DNA of 32,000 bases from Desulfotalea psychrophila LSv54 (GTDB lineage: Bacteria; Desulfobacterota; Desulfobulbia; Desulfobulbales; Desulfocapsaceae), in the NCBI RefSeq assembly GCF_000025945.1, contig NC_006138.1, positions 3,030,001 to 3,062,000 on the forward strand. The letters are read 5' to 3'. A model generated the notes under the pieces. That model was given only the letters and a program-made list of their open reading frames with translations, had not been told where the DNA came from and searched no databases. Within the stretch, counting starts at the first letter, position 1. Every line of letters begins with the position of its first letter. The translations under genes were made by a program, and so were the position numbers. Below, piece by piece: positions 17,222-25,942 of the stretch.

Positions 17222-17740
17222 ATGGCACCACTCAGCTACACAACAACTGCGCAAAATATATTAACTACTTACAATCTGCAGCAGGAAGAAGACAGCTCCC
17301 TGACGGAAAACGATCAATCTCCGACCCTGCACGTACAGTATAACAAGAGCCGTGACCAAGCTCGCTTAACAAACACGATAAGCCGACTAAGCGCTCAATC
17401 TTACGCAGAAATACGACGACAAAAGGGCTCTTCCAGCCCATCGGTCGCCATCATGCCACCCCCATTACAGGACAAAGATTATTGGGGAGTCGAGCAAACC
17501 GCATCCCGTATCACCAGTACAGCTATCAGTTTATCAGGGAAGAATTTTGACAAATTTACTGTTATAAGAGATGCAATAGAAAAGGGCTTTGTCGATGCCA
17601 GAATTGCTTTTGGCGGAACCCTTCCTCGAATATCACAGCAAACACGTCATGCGGTATTCGCTCAACTTGATAAATGGGCTAGAGCTCTAAATCTGCCCCC
17701 GGATTCTACGAAAAACATCTCAGGTGATAAAAATGATTAA
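17222..17740 (+). CDS. Uncharacterised protein encoded between flgJ and flgM
   Basis: 172 aa ORF in a tightly packed operon; C-terminal block YWGVEQTASRITSTAISLSGKNFDKFTVIRDAIEKGFVDARIAFGGTLPRISQQTRHAVFAQLDKWARAL looks like a compact conserved domain. Confidence 0.75.
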   Translation: MAPLSYTTTAQNILTTYNLQQEEDSSLTENDQSPTLHVQYNKSRDQARLTNTISRLSAQSYAEIRRQKGSSSPSVAIMPPPLQDKDYWGVEQTASRITSTAISLSGKNFDKFTVIRDAIEKGFVDARIAFGGTLPRISQQTRHAVFAQLDKWARALNLPPDSTKNISGDKND

Positions 17741-18005
17741 CTATATTGGAACTGGCAATCTCAACCAAATTAACAGTGTAAAAAAGAGTCTGCCAACCCA
17801 ACCAGAACAAAACACTGTAACAGATGGACAGTTTACCTCTGCCCTTAACAACGCTCAATCACCAACAAAAGCAATGAATACAGCAGAATCCACCCGAGCA
17901 GATCGGATTGCAGCGATTAAAACACAGGTCGCTGAGGGATCGTACAAGCCTGATATGGAAAAAGTTTCTGCCTCTCTTCTTCAATTCTTAGTCAAGGAAA
18001 ATTAA
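17733..18005 (+). CDS. flgM: Anti-sigma-28 factor FlgM
   Basis: C-terminal STRADRIAAIKTQVAEGSYKPDMEKVSASLLQFLVKE is the FlgM sigma-binding pattern. ATG at 17733 preferred over GTG at 17724 (AGGTG-like RBS just upstream). Confidence 0.9.
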   Translation: MINYIGTGNLNQINSVKKSLPTQPEQNTVTDGQFTSALNNAQSPTKAMNTAESTRADRIAAIKTQVAEGSYKPDMEKVSASLLQFLVKEN

Positions 18006-18006
18006 C

Positions 18007-18360
18007 ATGGCCCCGAGATCGACCCACCAACGACTACAAAGACTTCATGAGCTCCTGCTAGAGGAACGTGATTGTGCCAAGAAACTCAATATCAATGGAA
18101 TGTTGGCAGTAGTTCGGGAAAAGGAAGACCTCATCCAAATACTCAGTGGGGGCACAGCCATTGATGACAGCAGTAAGCCTCTTGCTGAAAAGGTACGTGA
18201 CGAAAATCGCCGTAATGCCTTCCTGTTCAAGACTACCCTTGGTTGGATTCGTGCAACCATGGAATTTCTTAGCAAGAAGACTGTAATGAATACATACTCA
18301 GCTGCCGCCGTAACAGTTCCCGCAGGAACAAACGGCAGAATACTCTCAGGGAAAATTTGA
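18007..18360 (+). CDS. flgN: FlgN-like flagellar hook-filament junction protein export chaperone
   Basis: 117 aa helical protein (LQRLHELLLEERDCAKKLNINGMLAVVREKEDLIQIL) located between flgM and flgK. Confidence 0.8.
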   Translation: MAPRSTHQRLQRLHELLLEERDCAKKLNINGMLAVVREKEDLIQILSGGTAIDDSSKPLAEKVRDENRRNAFLFKTTLGWIRATMEFLSKKTVMNTYSAAAVTVPAGTNGRILSGKI

Positions 18361-18361
18361 T

Positions 18362-19804
18362 ATGGCCGGTTTATTTAATGCCCTCAATGCAGGACGCACC
18401 TCGCTTGAGGTAAGTCAGAAACAGATTGAAATTTCAGGTAACAATATAGCTAATGTCAACACCAAAGGCTATTCCAAACAATCTGCCAAGCTTAGTCCCT
18501 ACCCAGCAATGAACTTTGGCGGCTTCTTTGTCGGTCAAGGCGTCAAAGTGACTGACGTTGATCGACAGCATAATACCTTTATCAGCAATCAGTTGGTGAA
18601 TAAATCCGTTGACTACGGTTACGAAAACAGCAAGACAGCAAGCTTTGCAGAAATCGAACGGATCTTCAGCGTCTCAAAGGATAATCTGGCAGGTGACATA
18701 GATCATTTCTTTGATTCCTGGCAGGAGCTGTCAACCAAACCCACCGACGTTGTCCTCCGTGATATAACCCTGCAAAAAGGTAGTGTCCTTGCTGCCAAGT
18801 TTAACAACAGCGCCAACGAACTTGACCAGGTACAAAAAAACATCGGGGCTCAGCTTAAATCAGGAGTGTCCGAGGTCAATAATAAGCTGAAGCAACTTGG
18901 TGAATTAAACGACCGTATCTATCAGATCGAAAACAACGGACAAACAGCAAACGGTGCCCGAGATTCTCGTGAGTCCCTCCTCCAAGAGCTGGCCCAAACA
19001 ATCGGTGCCCAGTCCTATGAACTCAGTAGCGGCATGGTCAATGTGCAACTACCCTCCGGCCTCCCCCTAGTCAACGGAAATTCAGCATCCACCATCGAGA
19101 CCGTACAGAATGGTCCAACTGTGGGCCTGAAACTCCACACTACTGGAGCAACAAGAGAGCTTGGCACCAAGAGCATGGGTGGAGAATTCGCTGGTCTGTT
19201 GGATCTACAGGATGAGGTTATCCCCGCCTTGGAAGACAATTTGAACCAACTTGCCTATAGTTTAATTACCAAGGTCAACGAGCTTCACCAGGGTGGCGCC
19301 GGCCTCGACGGCAGCACAGGGCACCTCTTTTTTGAAGAACCACCCCACACAAACGATGTGCCGATAGATCCTGCCACAGGTCCAAGCAAAGATAATTGGC
19401 AGGATGCCGCAAGAGCAATGAAGGTATCACTCTCCGGAGCAGCTCAGGTCGCAGCGGCTCAAAAGCCAACCGACGGGACATCGTCCAAGGTTGGAGATAA
19501 CACCAATGCCCTTAAGATTGCCGATTTAAGCTATGCCCTTGTCGTTAACGGCACAGACAGCTTTAATTCTTTTTATGGCAAAATCACCTCAACAATCGGC
19601 ATTGGCAGCAACCAGAACAAACTCAACCTTAAGGGTGCTGAAGATGCCCTTGTCCAGGTGAAAAATTTACGAGATAGTGCTGCTGGTGTATCCCTTGAAG
19701 AGGAGATGATCAGTCTCATTCAATTTCAAAACAGCTTTCAGTCATCCGCCAAATTTCTCTCCACGGTGGACGAGTTAATGGACACCCTCCTTAATATGCG
19801 ATAG
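18362..19804 (+). CDS. flgK: Flagellar hook-associated protein 1 FlgK
   Basis: MAGLFNALNAGRTSLEVSQKQIEISGNNIANVNTKGYSKQSAKL; C-terminal GVSLEEEMISLIQFQNSFQSSAKFLSTVDELMDTLLNM. Confidence 0.97.
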   Translation: MAGLFNALNAGRTSLEVSQKQIEISGNNIANVNTKGYSKQSAKLSPYPAMNFGGFFVGQGVKVTDVDRQHNTFISNQLVNKSVDYGYENSKTASFAEIERIFSVSKDNLAGDIDHFFDSWQELSTKPTDVVLRDITLQKGSVLAAKFNNSANELDQVQKNIGAQLKSGVSEVNNKLKQLGELNDRIYQIENNGQTANGARDSRESLLQELAQTIGAQSYELSSGMVNVQLPSGLPLVNGNSASTIETVQNGPTVGLKLHTTGATRELGTKSMGGEFAGLLDLQDEVIPALEDNLNQLAYSLITKVNELHQGGAGLDGSTGHLFFEEPPHTNDVPIDPATGPSKDNWQDAARAMKVSLSGAAQVAAAQKPTDGTSSKVGDNTNALKIADLSYALVVNGTDSFNSFYGKITSTIGIGSNQNKLNLKGAEDALVQVKNLRDSAAGVSLEEEMISLIQFQNSFQSSAKFLSTVDELMDTLLNMR

Positions 19805-19844
19805 GCTGTTGACGTAAAATCAAGGCAAAGATTAGAGGTTTTTT

Positions 19845-22118
19845 ATGAAAGTTACCAATAGCAGTACATATCGCCAGCTTCTGACAAATATAAACAGAAA
19901 TCAGAAGAGTCTTCAAAATTTGTACCTGCAAAACAGTAGCGGTATTAAATTTAATCGAGCCTCCGATAATCCTGCCGCTATCTTGCCAGTATTATCAAGT
20001 CGTAGCCAGATAACCCTCAATGAACGTTTTCTCTCAACCCTTGGCAGTTCCGCCGACCAAATGGCCTCTACTGATACTAGCCTGGGCGCCATGGAAAATG
20101 TTCTGCAACGGGTCAAAGAGATTAGCGTCAATACCATAAATGCCAGCTTGAGCCAAAAAGACCTCAATGTTTTTGCTGATGAGGTGGGTGAACTGAAAAA
20201 GCAGATGCTTGATACTGCCAATGCCCAGGTTGATGGTCAGTACATATTCTCCGGCTATTCGGTCACCGACGCTCCCTTTGTTGCCAACCCAGACTACGAG
20301 GATAGCCGCTACGACGAAGGCGACCGCAGCACCTGGCCGATCATCTACAAGGGCGACAACAATCGAGCAAGTCTTGAAGTGGCAGAGGGCGAATACCTCG
20401 ACATAAGCATCACCGGCAACGAACTTTTTTCCGGTATCGAAAACAGCAATTGGGAAAGCCCAAACCAACCGGGCCTCAAAGGCGACTCTCTTCCCTCATC
20501 TGGCCCCGTTAACCCCGGAAAGCCAGGTGATATCCTTATCAAAACGGGCGAGAAAGAGAGCACTATTCCGCAATCGTTCTTAACCGACACCGGGGACAAC
20601 TATGCGGCAAAACTTGCCAGTTTGTTGGAAAACCCTCCGCAAAAGCTGACAGGACTTGATGGCCTACAAAACTACCGGACAGGCGACAGTTATAAGCTCG
20701 ATATTACCAGTGCCGGCAGTACCATCCCCATAGAACTTAACGGCACCCCCGGCCAAGAGTTTAGCCTTGCAGGTCTTCAGGCAGAGCTTGGCAATAAGCT
20801 TACTCCACCAGACCCTAACGCAACCTCAGGTACTCTGGCCAACGGTGTCCAGTATGATCTCTCCACAGGAGAGCTACTCCTCACCTCGGAGACCCCCGGT
20901 ACAGCGATTGAGCTGAGCGAAACGGTGACAGATGATCCAAGCCCAGTCATCTCCGGTTTTATATCCACCGACGGCAGCAAGGTGGAGGGATTGGATAAAC
21001 TTTCAGGGCTCAATCTCGGCGACGCAGATACCTATCAACTGGAAATTGAAAGCGGTGAGGAGACCGTTTCCATCTATCTTGATGGCAGCGCCGACAAGGA
21101 ATTTACCCTAGCCGGCCTCCAGACGGCCTTGGGCAAACAGCTCAGCCCAGCGGTAAATCCGCCGCCCAAAACGGGTACTCTGCAAAACGGTGTCACCTAC
21201 ACCCTTGATGATATCAGCGGCGAATTGACCTTTGCCAACTCCAGCGGCAAGGCAATAAACCTCAGCGAAAAGGTTACCGATCAGGTAAGCCCTGCGATTA
21301 AGGGCTTTGGTGAGACGAGAAAACCCAACAGTGGCCTCAATGCCACCGTCGTCGCCGCTAGCGCGGATCTCGGTAGCCCCAGCGGCACCGCTTATGCCCT
21401 GGATATTACCAGCGGCGGCAAGGCCGTCTCTATCGGCCTTGATGGTACTCCTGGGCAGGAGGTGAACATAGCAAATATCTCCATGGCCCTTGGCAAGCAA
21501 CTTTCTCCGGCAGATGCCACAGCCACCTCTGGCACCCTGAGCAATGGTGTCTCCTACGACACCTCAAGCGGAAAGTTAGTCCTAACGGGAACTGAAAATG
21601 GTGCTGATCTTGATTTAAGCACAAGCTTAAATGGCGCTCCTGCCACCACTAAAAGCCATTATGGCAGGGTAGACATTGCCACCGATAGTAACAAAAAGGT
21701 AGCCATTTCCGGGGAGGGACTCAATGGGGCAGGACTCAAGGAGACCGAGCTCAAGGGATCTGTTACCACCGATATCTTTGGTGTGCTGACTCGCCTGGAA
21801 GAATCTCTCAGGGCTGGAAATATAGATGACCCCGATGGACCCGGCGGCGGTGTCCAGGAAAATCTTGGTAAAATTGATCTTGCCGCTGAACAAAACAGAA
21901 GAAAACGAAGCCAACTCGGGGTAAAGGCGAGCCGTATCGCCCAATCAACAGACCAGCGAGAAGGCTTCCTGATTGACGTAAAATCAACCCTCTCCCGCTA
22001 TGAGGATGCTGACATGATTAAAACCCTGAATGATCTTATGCTTCAATCAACAGCACTCGAAGCGGCTCTGTCGGTAAGTGGCAAGATCTCTAAACTTTCA
22101 ATTTTAAACTACCTCTAG
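19845..22118 (+). CDS. flgL: Flagellar hook-associated protein 3 FlgL with large repeat-containing central insert
   Basis: N-terminal flagellin-like MKVTNSSTYRQLLTNINRNQKSLQNLYLQNSSGIKFNRASDNPAAI and C-terminal VKSTLSRYEDADMIKTLNDLMLQSTALEAALSVSGKISKLSILNYL; 757 aa owing to three repeated modules. Confidence 0.93.
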   Translation: MKVTNSSTYRQLLTNINRNQKSLQNLYLQNSSGIKFNRASDNPAAILPVLSSRSQITLNERFLSTLGSSADQMASTDTSLGAMENVLQRVKEISVNTINASLSQKDLNVFADEVGELKKQMLDTANAQVDGQYIFSGYSVTDAPFVANPDYEDSRYDEGDRSTWPIIYKGDNNRASLEVAEGEYLDISITGNELFSGIENSNWESPNQPGLKGDSLPSSGPVNPGKPGDILIKTGEKESTIPQSFLTDTGDNYAAKLASLLENPPQKLTGLDGLQNYRTGDSYKLDITSAGSTIPIELNGTPGQEFSLAGLQAELGNKLTPPDPNATSGTLANGVQYDLSTGELLLTSETPGTAIELSETVTDDPSPVISGFISTDGSKVEGLDKLSGLNLGDADTYQLEIESGEETVSIYLDGSADKEFTLAGLQTALGKQLSPAVNPPPKTGTLQNGVTYTLDDISGELTFANSSGKAINLSEKVTDQVSPAIKGFGETRKPNSGLNATVVAASADLGSPSGTAYALDITSGGKAVSIGLDGTPGQEVNIANISMALGKQLSPADATATSGTLSNGVSYDTSSGKLVLTGTENGADLDLSTSLNGAPATTKSHYGRVDIATDSNKKVAISGEGLNGAGLKETELKGSVTTDIFGVLTRLEESLRAGNIDDPDGPGGGVQENLGKIDLAAEQNRRKRSQLGVKASRIAQSTDQREGFLIDVKSTLSRYEDADMIKTLNDLMLQSTALEAALSVSGKISKLSILNYL
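20685..21666 (+). repeat. Three divergent tandem modules inside FlgL (approx. 20685-20960, 21027-21309, 21387-21666)
   Basis: DSYKLDITSAGSTIPIELNGTPGQEFSLAGLQAELGNKLTP...SGTLANGVQYDLSTGELLL / DTYQLEIESGEETVSIYLDGSADKEFTLAGLQTALGKQLSP...TGTLQNGVTYTLDDISGELTF / TAYALDITSGGKAVSIGLDGTPGQEVNIANISMALGKQLSP...SGTLSNGVSYDTSSGKLVL. Confidence 0.92.
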
Positions 22119-22138
22119 GCAGAAAATTTATTTTACGA

Positions 22139-22162
22139 GGTGGCAAAATATTTACCGCCACC
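22139..22162. repeat. Inverted repeat GGTGGC...GCCACC in the flgL-csrA gap
   Basis: GGTGGC (22139-22144), 12-nt AT-rich loop, GCCACC (22157-22162). Confidence 0.55.
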
Positions 22163-22266
22163 CCCATAAGGAGAAGAAAGACATTTCATAAATCATCGCT
22201 ATACACTACAATTGATTATTTAAATAATTTTTTAAATTATAAACCATATTGTAACTGGATTAAATT

Positions 22267-22503
22267 ATGCTCGTACTCTCTAGAAAACTGGGTGAAGGTA
22301 TAGTCATTGGCGATGATATTGTTCTTAAAATTGTAGAAATCAAGGGCGGAACTATCCGAATCGGTATCGACGCTCCTCTGGATAAGAAAATTTACCGCCA
22401 AGAAGTATATCAACGCATCATCGCAGAAAACCAAGAGGCCAGTCAATGGTCCATTGATGACCTTGATGCAATTTCGTCACTTATCTCACCTCAACCTAAA
22501 TAA
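22267..22503 (+). CDS. csrA: Carbon storage / translational regulator CsrA
   Basis: MLVLSRKLGEGIVIGDDIVLKIVEIKGGTIRIGIDAPLDKKIYRQEVYQRI: canonical CsrA. Confidence 0.98.
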   Translation: MLVLSRKLGEGIVIGDDIVLKIVEIKGGTIRIGIDAPLDKKIYRQEVYQRIIAENQEASQWSIDDLDAISSLISPQPK

Positions 22504-22509
22504 CGAGAT

Positions 22510-22965
22510 ATGAATACAATTAAAACCCGTTTTGGTGTTATTGACTACGATCCAGCCAACCTCCTACTTTTCCCTAACGGTTTGGTCGGCCTACCGCATC
22601 TGCGCAATTTCATCGTTATGCCCAACAAAAAAGAAGGCCCCCTCTTCTGGATCCAGTCCGTTGACGATCCTGATATGGCCTTTGTTCTCACCGACCCGAA
22701 CAATTTTTTCCCTGACTACCAGATACAACCCGGAAAAGATGAGCATACGACCCTTGGTATCTCGGGCAGTGATGAATACTTTATCCTCTCCGTGGTAACC
22801 GTGCCCGCCGATCAAAAGATTACCCTTAATCTGGCGGCACCAATTATTTTTACCCCGACAAACAACAGAGCCGTTCAGGTTATCCTCGGAGGTGATGGTT
22901 ACTCCACTAAAACGCCACTTCCCACCGTAAAGAGACATGAGCGAAGATCTGTCGTAAACGAATAG
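22510..22965 (+). CDS. fliW: Flagellar assembly factor FliW (CsrA antagonist)
   Basis: FGVIDYDPANLLLFPNGLVGLPHLRNFIV...GPLFWIQSVDDPDMAFVLTDPNNFFPDY... FliW pattern; immediately follows csrA. Confidence 0.96.
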   Translation: MNTIKTRFGVIDYDPANLLLFPNGLVGLPHLRNFIVMPNKKEGPLFWIQSVDDPDMAFVLTDPNNFFPDYQIQPGKDEHTTLGISGSDEYFILSVVTVPADQKITLNLAAPIIFTPTNNRAVQVILGGDGYSTKTPLPTVKRHERRSVVNE

Positions 22966-23162
22966 AGCCTCCTTAGGCGAAAGATTATCTAATCTTTCGC
23001 CTAACCAATACACCACCCCCACGCCCCTCTCACCAACCTGTTTTCAAAACAATTTTATCACCTTTTTACAAAACAAAGATTTTGAAATCTTTAGCTCTTT
23101 TTTGTAAATTCAGTCATTTTTTTGCTATTTTCATTTTTTCTTTTTTTTTTCATTTCATTTTC

Positions 23163-23189
23163 TAAATATTCCTCAGTCTCCACCGATAT
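23163..23189 (+). promoter_or_regulatory. Sigma-28 promoter of fliC
   Basis: TAAATATT (23163-23170) - N11 - ACCGATAT (23182-23189), matching TAAAGTTT-N11-GCCGATAA in spacing and most positions. Confidence 0.82.
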
Positions 23190-23190
23190 A

Positions 23191-23273
23191 GGATTCATAC
23201 TGGATCTCTATAGATGGATTTTCATCTGCCATAAAGATAATCTACACGGCAGTTTTACTTTCACGGAGGAAAC
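23191..23273 (+). promoter_or_regulatory. fliC 5' leader with multiple GGA motifs (candidate CsrA-binding leader)
   Basis: GGA at 23191, 23202 and 23216 plus GGAGGA at 23265-23270 (Shine-Dalgarno). The 23216 GGA sits at the stem/loop junction of AGATG-GATTTT-CATCT (23212-23227). Confidence 0.45.
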
Positions 23274-25847
23274 ATGGCTCTTACAATTAATACCAATATC
23301 GGCTCTCTCAACGCGCAACGTAATCTGGGTATCTCCCAACGCGATCTCGCCACATCCATGCAACGACTCTCTTCTGGTCTGCGCATTAACTCTGCCAAAG
23401 ATGATGCCGCAGGACTGGCCATCTCTGACAGGATGACCGCTCAGGTACGTGGACTCAACCAAGCGTCCAGAAATGCCAACGATGGTATCTCCATGGCCCA
23501 AACCGCAGAGGGAGCCCTGCAAGAGTCAACCAATATCCTCCAACGTATCCGTGAACTTGCCGTTCAATCTGCCAATGACACCAATACCAACTCCGACCGT
23601 GCCTCCCTGAACTCTGAAGTACAACAGCTCAAAGAAGAGTTGAACCGTATTGCCTCCACCACCGAGTTCAACGGTCGCAAGGTCATTGACGGCACCATGA
23701 AGGATGCAACCTTCCAAGTGGGCCCAAATGCTGGTAAGGAGGAGAGTATCTCCTTTAGCGTCGCCAGCTCCCTGACAAAAGATCTCAGCCAGGACGGGGT
23801 GGCCATCAAGGCCCCAGGCGGCAGACCCGTACAGGGCGTCTCCCTGAGCGGCTCCATACCGGCCGGTTCCCTGGTAGTCAATGGCAAGGAGGTAGGAGCC
23901 GCCACCAATAACAGCGAACTGGCAGCTGCCATCCACACCGCCGACGAGGCCGTCACCGCCCGCCCCATTAACCATCAGCAATTTGAGTTCAGTAAAAGCC
24001 AGCTTGAGGTAAAGGATGACTTCCCCCTCACTGTAAATATTGACAATGCTACTCCTGTAACTGCCACCAATTTCACCATCAATGGTGTAGATCCCACCAA
24101 AACAGTAGACACCAACGATGCCAAGGTACTGGCAACTGCAATTAATGCTCAAACTACTGACGGAAAATTTGCGGTAGAGGCCACGGCCAGCAATGTCCAG
24201 GAATTTAGCTTTACCCCAATAACCGTATTAGGCACTGAGACATATACCTTAGATTTAAAAACAGGGACACCATTAGCCGCACTTACGCCCCTAGTCTTTA
24301 AGGCTCCAGACACAGCTGTTAGTCAACAAAATATTGTAGATAAAATTAACACGCTTGCACCTAAAGTTACCGCAAACATTGAGAACAATAAAGTTGTTAT
24401 TAGTACCCAAAACGGGGAAAATTTAAGTATTAAAGATACATTAACAGCGGGTGGATCTTCCACCGGAACGGGATTCAACGAAGCTGTTGAAAAGCCATAC
24501 TCCGGTGAGTTATCCCTGACCAGCAAGGAAGCATTCACCGTGGGGAGCGACACACCTGCAGCTCTCGAAGCAATGAAAATCGAGGCAGGTAAATACCCAG
24601 GCCCTGCCATCGTAGCAGGTAAACCGGTCACCGGCGCCCTCAAGGCCGGCGACCTGACCATCAACGGCAGGGATATCGGCGCCGTGGAGGGGGATGCCAC
24701 CAAGATTGCCGCGGCCATTCAGGAGGTGGACACCAATATCATTGCCACCCCGGAAAATATCCAGACCATCGGCTGGGGCGATGTTAATACCAGCGCCGGT
24801 TCCTACACCCTGGAGCTGGACGGTAAACCCATTATTATCAAGACAGCAGATGATAAAATTGATGGTGAGGAAATTGCCGCAGCCATTGGTAATACCGATG
24901 GATTCACCGCTACCTATGATAACCCCAATGTAGTCGTCACCAGAGCAGGTGGGCAGAACTTCACCATAAAGCAACGCCATGACGGCACCACCGCTGGTTT
25001 TGAGGCTAGTATGAGCGATGGTCGCGATCTTCGTGGCACTGTTCAGCTCAAGAGTAATATAGAGATAGATATTGCCGGTCAGGATCCCAGCAAGGCGGGT
25101 ATGATCAAGGGAGTCAATGCTCCTGGAGTCAAAGGCACCTATACCCTGAAGCTGACCCTCCCCGATAAGGTGGACCCGGACGCTGTTATCACCGTTGACA
25201 CCAAATCCGCCATGGCCAGTGGAGTGGTAACAGCCGAGGATGTGGCCAAGGCAATCAACAGTGATATCAAGGCCACCATGGAATTTTCTGCCAAGGTAAA
25301 CGATGACGGCATGCTTGAAATCACCAGAAACGACGGTAAAAAATTTAAAATAACCGAAGAGATAAAACAAAACGGAACGGATATCGATGATACAAGCGCC
25401 GGCATGCTTGGTGTTGGGGCTACGGCAAAGGACTTTGTCGGCCAGGTGGAGCTTGACAGTAAGATAGACATTGTCCTTGAAGGTGACTCCCTTGGCCTTG
25501 CCGGTCTGACCGGTCTGGGCAATAGCACCATCAGCATCGACCAGATAAACGTCCTCACCAGTGAGGCTTCCATCATCGCCATGGCCTCGGTGGATGAGGC
25601 AATCATGGATATTGACGCCATTCGCGGCGGACTTGGTGCGGTGCAAAACCGTTTCACCTCCACCATCAGTAACCTCAGTAACGTTTCCGAAAACCTCTCT
25701 GCGGCCAGATCCCGTATCCTTGATACCGATATTGCCATGGAGACCTCGGCCATGACCAAGAATAATATCCTGCAGCAGGCGGGTGTTTCCATCCTCACCC
25801 AGGCAAACCAGACACCACAGCTGGCCCTCTCCCTGCTTAAAGGCTAA
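23274..25847 (+). CDS. fliC: Flagellin FliC with very large variable region
   Basis: [57 protein letters not shown]... and C-terminal [68 protein letters not shown]; 857 aa. Confidence 0.98.
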   Translation: MALTINTNIGSLNAQRNLGISQRDLATSMQRLSSGLRINSAKDDAAGLAISDRMTAQVRGLNQASRNANDGISMAQTAEGALQESTNILQRIRELAVQSANDTNTNSDRASLNSEVQQLKEELNRIASTTEFNGRKVIDGTMKDATFQVGPNAGKEESISFSVASSLTKDLSQDGVAIKAPGGRPVQGVSLSGSIPAGSLVVNGKEVGAATNNSELAAAIHTADEAVTARPINHQQFEFSKSQLEVKDDFPLTVNIDNATPVTATNFTINGVDPTKTVDTNDAKVLATAINAQTTDGKFAVEATASNVQEFSFTPITVLGTETYTLDLKTGTPLAALTPLVFKAPDTAVSQQNIVDKINTLAPKVTANIENNKVVISTQNGENLSIKDTLTAGGSSTGTGFNEAVEKPYSGELSLTSKEAFTVGSDTPAALEAMKIEAGKYPGPAIVAGKPVTGALKAGDLTINGRDIGAVEGDATKIAAAIQEVDTNIIATPENIQTIGWGDVNTSAGSYTLELDGKPIIIKTADDKIDGEEIAAAIGNTDGFTATYDNPNVVVTRAGGQNFTIKQRHDGTTAGFEASMSDGRDLRGTVQLKSNIEIDIAGQDPSKAGMIKGVNAPGVKGTYTLKLTLPDKVDPDAVITVDTKSAMASGVVTAEDVAKAINSDIKATMEFSAKVNDDGMLEITRNDGKKFKITEEIKQNGTDIDDTSAGMLGVGATAKDFVGQVELDSKIDIVLEGDSLGLAGLTGLGNSTISIDQINVLTSEASIIAMASVDEAIMDIDAIRGGLGAVQNRFTSTISNLSNVSENLSAARSRILDTDIAMETSAMTKNNILQQAGVSILTQANQTPQLALSLLKG

Positions 25848-25876
25848 TTAAGGGATAAGCTCAGTATCGTAAACAT

Positions 25877-25916
25877 AAAAAAGGGACCCTCTTCTATTGA
25901 AGAGGGTCCCTTTTTT
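25877..25916. terminator. Perfect bidirectional rho-independent terminator after fliC
   Basis: AAAAAAGGGACCCTCTTC-TATT-GAAGAGGGTCCCTTTTTT: 18-bp perfect stem with 4-nt loop; A-run/T-run on both flanks, between convergent genes. Confidence 0.96.
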
Positions 25917-25942
25917 ATTTACGGACAGGAGACAGACAAATA

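Noticed and set aside
24510-25646. Long 378-aa minus-strand ORF antisense to fliC
   Set aside because: It lies wholly within the well-supported flagellin gene; long antisense ORFs are common opposite repetitive, Gly/Thr/Ala-rich coding sequence. No domain pattern seen.
25139-25798. 219-aa minus-strand ORF opposite the fliC 3' half
   Set aside because: Ser/Leu-rich shadow ORF with no motif; fliC is certain here.
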